Shown: in pieces, positions 61,044 to 64,000 of the stretch
How the letters are laid out: every line of letters starts with the position of its first letter
Numbering within the stretch: position 1 is the stretch's first letter
Program-made: the position numbers and the translations under genes
Assembly (NCBI RefSeq): GCF_006345805.1
Contig: NC_043012.1
Location: forward strand, 16,554,001-16,618,000
Direction: 5' to 3'
DNA length: 64,000 bases
Source: Octopus sinensis
Lineage: Eukaryota
Notes under the pieces: generated by a model
Database searches by the model: none
Seen by the model: only the letters and a program-made list of their open reading frames with translations
Told to the model about the DNA's origin: nothing

Positions 61044-62172
61044 TTTTAAAAAATTTTTGTAGAGTGCAAGTTGCTATTGATGTAGTTGAAGGAATCCGTT
61101 ACCTTCACAGTCAAGGTTTGGTACACAGAGATATAAAGATGAAAAATGTTCTAGTAAGTTCTTCCTTTTGCTTTCAGCAATTTGACAATAAGAAGTATTT
61201 TTTTTATGAGAGTTACAATACATACAGCAACTCTCCACATGTCTCTCCTCCACTTCTATTTAGTCCATCCTGTCTTTCTATAGTGTCTATCCTTATCCAG
61301 ATAAGGATACATGCCATAGAAAGATAAAATGGACTAAATAGAAGTGGAAGAGACACATGGGATGGAGAATCGCTGAAGAGGTCACAGGGTGTGTGAGGAA
61401 AGATTTTCACACAATAGATATATATAAAACGTTTCTTTTTTTATTTGGTGGGTGAGGTTCTAAAAAAATTTTAACCTCAAAGAAAATTAAAGTTACTTTA
61501 ACACGCTAACTACCAGATGTACTGCTGGAGGTTCATCGCAAACTTCACACAACTGCCATATGCATCACTGGTGTTATATTTTCATAATTTGAGAAAATAT
61601 TTTGTCCATATAAGATTTTGTTGTTAAAATTTATTTGCAATAAATTGCTTATATTTCTCCAATACACAAAATACGTTAACAATTTTTTATACAGTTCCTA
61701 ATAATATTTAATGATAAAGATATATTAGGAGGGTTCACCTAAGTGAAATGCAAACCAAAGAGGGTCCACAGGTTAAAAAAATGGTTGGGAACCACTAGTT
61801 TAAATGATTGAATTTAGAGACAAAAATTTGAATTTGACGAAAATTTTTTGATATCTTTTTACCATTTTTTTCCACTCTAAATTAATTCAATGACATTTTC
61901 TCTTTTTTTTCTTTTTAATTAGCTTGACAAACAGAATCGTGGTAAATTAACTGATCTTGGATTTTGCAAACCAGAGGCAATGATGAGCGGCAGTATTGTT
62001 GGCACACCCATACATATGGCACCAGAGTTATTTACTGGTCGATACGACAACAGTGTTGATATTTATGCTTTTGGCATCCTGTTTTGGTATATCTGTTCTG
62101 GAAAGGTTCAACTACCAGTGGCGTTTGATGACTGTACAAGCAAAGACCATCTCTGGCATGCTGTTAAACGAG
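35904..62172 (+). CDS. DSTYK: Dual serine/threonine and tyrosine protein kinase (dusty/RIPK5); 11 coding exons, partial at both ends
   Basis: Join 35904-36424, 39549-40140, 41790-41942, 43525-43607, 46208-46291, 48016-48113, 55437-55645, 57155-57311, 58287-58442, 61063-61153, 61923-62172 (2394 nt). Every intron is GT-AG and phases match with no stops. The translation has DSTYK-typical strings [88 protein letters not shown], matching vertebrate DSTYK as I recall it. Confidence 0.96.
36703..37070 (+). mobile_element. SINE family C (RTE-like tail ...gatgttaaacgatgatgat) with three internal ~63-bp tandem units
   Basis: Tail ccaacccatgctagcatggaaagcggatgttaaac(gat)n. Other copies at about 1003-1265(-), 16065-16250(-), 57530-57787(+). 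Confidence 0.8.
37092..37730 (+). mobile_element. Penelope-like element 3' end: GIY-YIG endonuclease relic plus terminal repeat
   Basis: 37092-37439 translates to [28 protein letters not shown]...SGIADHIW...[20 protein letters not shown]...WEPVL (GIY-YIG layout), followed by a tRNA-like stretch (37471-37541) and CTGATGA...GAAACGT (37619-37654). Confidence 0.85.
37770..38682 (+). mobile_element. CR1-clade LINE 3' fragment interrupted by a SINE
   Basis: [24 protein letters not shown]...[10 protein letters not shown]...[11 protein letters not shown]...FFTLRV...WNKLP..VV...FK. Confidence 0.85.
37950..38180 (-). mobile_element. SINE family B with a 17-bp target-site duplication
   Basis: cagtgaagtgaatacct occurs at 37933-37949 and 38181-38197. 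Confidence 0.92.
38712..38978 (-). mobile_element. Heavily 5'-truncated R4/Dong-like element, second subfamily
   Basis: Minus strand [27 protein letters not shown] matches the C-terminus of the 7614-8340 element; (ATT)n on both flanks. Confidence 0.78.
39549..40140 (+). CDS. DSTYK: DSTYK coding exon
   Basis: tttcacag| [10 protein letters not shown]...[24 protein letters not shown]...HQFV G|gtaagt; phase 0 to 1. Confidence 0.93.
40921..41127 (+). mobile_element. piggyBac-like MITE (207 bp)
   Basis: TTAA|ccctttcgttac ... gtaatgaaaggg|TTAA; 11 of 12 terminal bases match as inverted repeats. Confidence 0.85.
41790..41942 (+). CDS. DSTYK: DSTYK coding exon
   Basis: cattcgaag| (G)[10 protein letters not shown]...[18 protein letters not shown]|gtaagt; phase 1 to 1. 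Confidence 0.9.
42141..42695 (+). mobile_element. Non-autonomous Helitron-like repeat, same family as 3707-4218
   Basis: 5' ttattatataaaatccg then (tg)n; 3' hairpin tcca-t-tgga then CTCG|T. Confidence 0.55.
42743..43099. repeat. Long imperfect inverted repeat (arms ~147 bp)
   Basis: 42743-42889 pairs with 42954-43099; a small hairpin attactag/ctagtaat overlaps the left arm end and loop. Confidence 0.93.
43525..43607 (+). CDS. DSTYK: DSTYK coding exon
   Basis: ttgtgcag| (G)[27 protein letters not shown] |gtaatt; phase 1 to 0. Confidence 0.88.
45013..45768 (+). mobile_element. Internally deleted Penelope-like element inserted in the (TA)n of a family A SINE
   Basis: Frameshifted ORF start [26 protein letters not shown] resembles PLE N-termini, joined directly to a terminal segment with a hammerhead-like motif at 45636-45673; both halves of the SINE flank it. 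Confidence 0.7.
45636..45673 (+). ncRNA. Minimal hammerhead-like ribozyme motif with variant core
   Basis: TCTTT CTGTTGA A GAGC-GTAG-GCTC GAAA CGT T AAAGA; same stems as 2837-2874, with differences only in the stem II loop, core position 7 and the cleavage base. Confidence 0.55.
46208..46291 (+). CDS. DSTYK: DSTYK coding exon
   Basis: Long T-tract then tccgtag| [28 protein letters not shown] |gtaaaa; phase 0 to 0. Confidence 0.93.
46315..46867. repeat. (CAT/CAC)n compound microsatellite, ~550 bp
   Basis: Begins about 24 nt after the donor at 46292. Confidence 0.97.
48016..48113 (+). CDS. DSTYK: DSTYK coding exon
   Basis: atttcag| [32 protein letters not shown](R) |gtttgt; phase 0 to 2, and the next exon supplies the single missing base. 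Confidence 0.85.
49029..50323 (-). mobile_element. Near full-length (~1.3 kb) defective mariner (DD34D-type)
   Basis: TIRs ttgggtcatcccataaaaatg and cattatttatgggatgctccaa; transposase relic KEHIRHIL...QWFQKF...WVPCKL...IVTGDPKW...HQDN...[10 protein letters not shown] with stops and frameshifts. Confidence 0.93.
52985..53651. repeat. Head-to-head inverted pair of family A SINEs
   Basis: Minus copy 52985-53299 and plus copy 53333-53651, 33 nt apart. Confidence 0.9.
54474..54703. repeat. Inverted repeat with 93-bp arms and a hammerhead-like loop
   Basis: 54474-54566 pairs with 54611-54703; the loop contains CTGATGA A GCT-AT-AGT GATA C CCAA GTA. Confidence 0.9.
55437..55645 (+). CDS. DSTYK: DSTYK coding exon
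   Basis: ttctcacag| (R)LAKSISSQ...[27 protein letters not shown]|gtaaga; phase 2 to 1. Confidence 0.93.
57155..57311 (+). CDS. DSTYK: DSTYK kinase exon (Gly-rich loop, AIK lysine)
   Basis: ttaaccag| (G)[19 protein letters not shown]...[24 protein letters not shown](K) |gtaaga; phase 1 to 2. Confidence 0.95.
58287..58442 (+). CDS. DSTYK: DSTYK kinase exon (hinge region)
   Basis: ttttgacag| [51 protein letters not shown](R) |gtaagt; phase 2 to 2. Confidence 0.95.
59075..59574 (-). mobile_element. Second copy of the (TAA)n-flanked non-coding element
   Basis: Reverse complement aligns with 23077-23634, with a short 5' truncation and an internal gap. Confidence 0.75.
60256..60487 (-). mobile_element. 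SINE family B with a 12-bp target-site duplication
   Basis: ttgaaaaatata occurs at 60244-60255 and 60488-60499; close relative of 37950-38180. Confidence 0.9.
61063..61153 (+). CDS. DSTYK: DSTYK kinase exon (catalytic loop)
   Basis: tttttgtag| [30 protein letters not shown] |gtaagt; phase 2 to 0. Confidence 0.96.
61238..61408 (+). mobile_element. 60-bp-arm hairpin followed by a hammerhead-like motif (PLE-like terminal)
   Basis: 61238-61297 pairs with 61300-61359; CTGAAGA G GTCACA-GGGTG-TGTGAG GAAA at 61373-61401; homologous to 9852-9960(-). Confidence 0.6.
61923..62172 (+). CDS. DSTYK: DSTYK kinase exon (DLG, activation segment, APE)
   Basis: tttttaattag| [18 protein letters not shown]...[12 protein letters not shown]|gtaatt; phase 0 to 1. 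The final exon expected to begin xRPERLP was not seen before 64000. Confidence 0.96.
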
Positions 62173-62292
62173 GTAATTCTTCAGTCTATCTAGCTCGTTG
62201 TTCTAACTTCATATATTTTCCCTGTCTCTTCTCTCCCTTGTATCTTCTACTGTTACTACAACTGCTGCTACTCTTTTAATAATAATAATGAA

Positions 62293-62716
62293 ATTATTGC
62301 ATACAGTGCTCAGGTGCACCACAACTTGTCAGACAGTGCATATAAAGCATATGCAGTAATGTACAAATGTCTGGAAAGCGAACAGTGTATGAGTCAGATA
62401 CATGCTTGTGTGTGTATGGAGGGGAGAAAATCAGGTGTAGTGTTGGCGAATCTCAGGAAGCATGGAAGTTTTGAAGGATGCAGTGCTCCGACAACTAACA
62501 ACTGATGCCGGCAGTTTGTTCCATGCTTCAGTAACTCTCAGCGTGAAAAAATGTTTCCTAAAGTCATGGGAGCTGTGCTGTTTTCTGACTTTGTAAATAT
62601 GTCCACGGGTGTTAGACGGGTGGAGTTTGAAAAGGTGCTCAGAGTTATTGTTTGTAAGATGGTTAATAATTTTATGGGTGTCTGCCAAATTAGCTGCCAG
62701 ACGTTGGAGTTTCAAT
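62293..62716 (-). mobile_element. CR1-clade LINE 3' fragment, antisense to DSTYK
   Basis: DTHKIINH...[38 protein letters not shown]...FK; same family as 37770-38682. Confidence 0.88.
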
Positions 62717-63209
62717 TTTGAATTAGCAAACTACTGTTTATCATATCCAAGAGATACTGTGAGCCGAGTCCATTGGGAAATACCAGCAAACATGCATGTG
62801 TGCGTTCATTTGTGTCTGCATGCATGCCGATGAGCACACAAATACAGTAGCCAGTGTTTTACAGTGTTGGGTATACTTAATCCCTTATATATATATATTT
62901 ATATATAAAGTTATATAAATAAGGATAAGATCAATATTTAAATACTGATCTTATCAGGTGGCCAGCATGAGAATAAAATCCTTTCAAAAGTAATAATTAT
63001 TTAAAATTATAATTATAATAGCAGTCAAAACTTGACTCTAAAACCACATTAAATGTTCATATAGCACCAGAATTTTTAACTAGTTTATTTCTTTCACCTC
63101 TTTGTCTTCTCTCCTGGTGCTGTATGAACATTTAATGTGGTTTTAGAGTCAAGTTTTGACTGCTATTTCCAGCATGGTGGTATCTCTTAGATACCCTAAA
63201 TTATAATTT

Positions 63210-63264
<55 letters not shown>

Positions 63265-63265
<1 letters not shown>

Positions 63266-63335
63266 GTATAACAACAAACAAGATGAGGACAAATATCTGT
63301 CAAATGTAAATAATGTATATATGTGTGTGTGTGTA

Positions 63336-63366
<31 letters not shown>

Positions 63367-63443
63367 CATCATCATCATCATCATCGACGTTAAACGACGA
63401 TGATGATGATGATGATGATATATATATATATACACACACACAC

Positions 63444-63486
<43 letters not shown>

Positions 63487-63537
63487 CATTATTTACATTT
63501 GACAGATATTTGTCCTCATCTTGTTTGTTGTTATACA
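63265..63537. repeat. Near-perfect palindrome including mirrored microsatellites
   Basis: Axis at about 63392; outer arms match base for base, and the inner (GT)n, (AT)n and (CAT)n blocks are mirrored. Confidence 0.95.
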
Positions 63538-63727
63538 AAGGCGAAACATGCCGCCCCCTCAAAATAAGGGTAGACAAACATCACAAAGCTGTGAAATGAG
63601 GGGACATTGATAAATCGGGTATAGTTGATCATGTATGGATAAATGGAGACCACCTCCCCCTGTAGGATGAAGTTAAAATAATAGACATAGAACACCACTG
63701 GAAAATATGAAAACTAAAAGAAGCGGA
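63531..63727 (+). mobile_element. Penelope-like GIY-YIG fragment, second copy
   Basis: [35 protein letters not shown]...DEVKIIDIEHHWKI*KLKEA; homologous to 37140-37335. Confidence 0.85.
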
Positions 63728-64000
63728 ACAAAATCTTGCAATACCGCGATTTGTCGGTCAACTACATTTTCTGTCCTGTGGCGTTCGAGACGTTTGGTGG
63801 GGGTCAGACCACTGACTGAGAGATTCTTGTCTTCACTAGCAACTTGCTTTGCAGAGGTAACTGATGCGGCTCATAAGGGCACTTGCTGTTCCAGCGCCAC
63901 AGCAACTCTACAATCGTGCTGGCATGCCTCAACATCCATTAGAGAGGTTTCCCAGTGATCCCAACTTTTCAACCCTAGGTGGTTAATTGTTTTGGGGTCT

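Noticed and set aside
61750-61800. hAT-like MITE terminus (gggtccac...ggttgggaaccactag)
   Set aside because: Only one plausible terminus is visible, with no matching left end or 8-bp target-site duplication.

Overview
AT-rich, microsatellite- and SINE-dense eukaryotic genomic DNA, probably from an octopus or other coleoid cephalopod (inferred from the repeat families; no database search was run). The one supportable host gene is DSTYK (dusty/RIPK5 kinase) on the + strand. It has 11 coding exons between 35904 and 62172 that splice in consistent phases into about 798 codons; I could not find the first coding exon or the last exon in the window. The rest is repeats: three or more tRNA-derived SINE families, mariner and Tc1-like relics, Helitron-like and piggyBac-like non-autonomous elements, CR1-like 3' ends, R4/Dong-like retroelements sitting in (TAA)n, a ~4 kb 22-bp minisatellite and a near-perfect 1161-bp tandem duplication. 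The most unusual signal is a set of short Penelope-like element (PLE) pieces carrying hammerhead-ribozyme-like cores from several unrelated families, one with a non-canonical CUGUYGA core shared by two copies. Several of these sit in (TA)n tracts or inside long foldback hairpins in DSTYK introns. All alignments and counts were done by eye.
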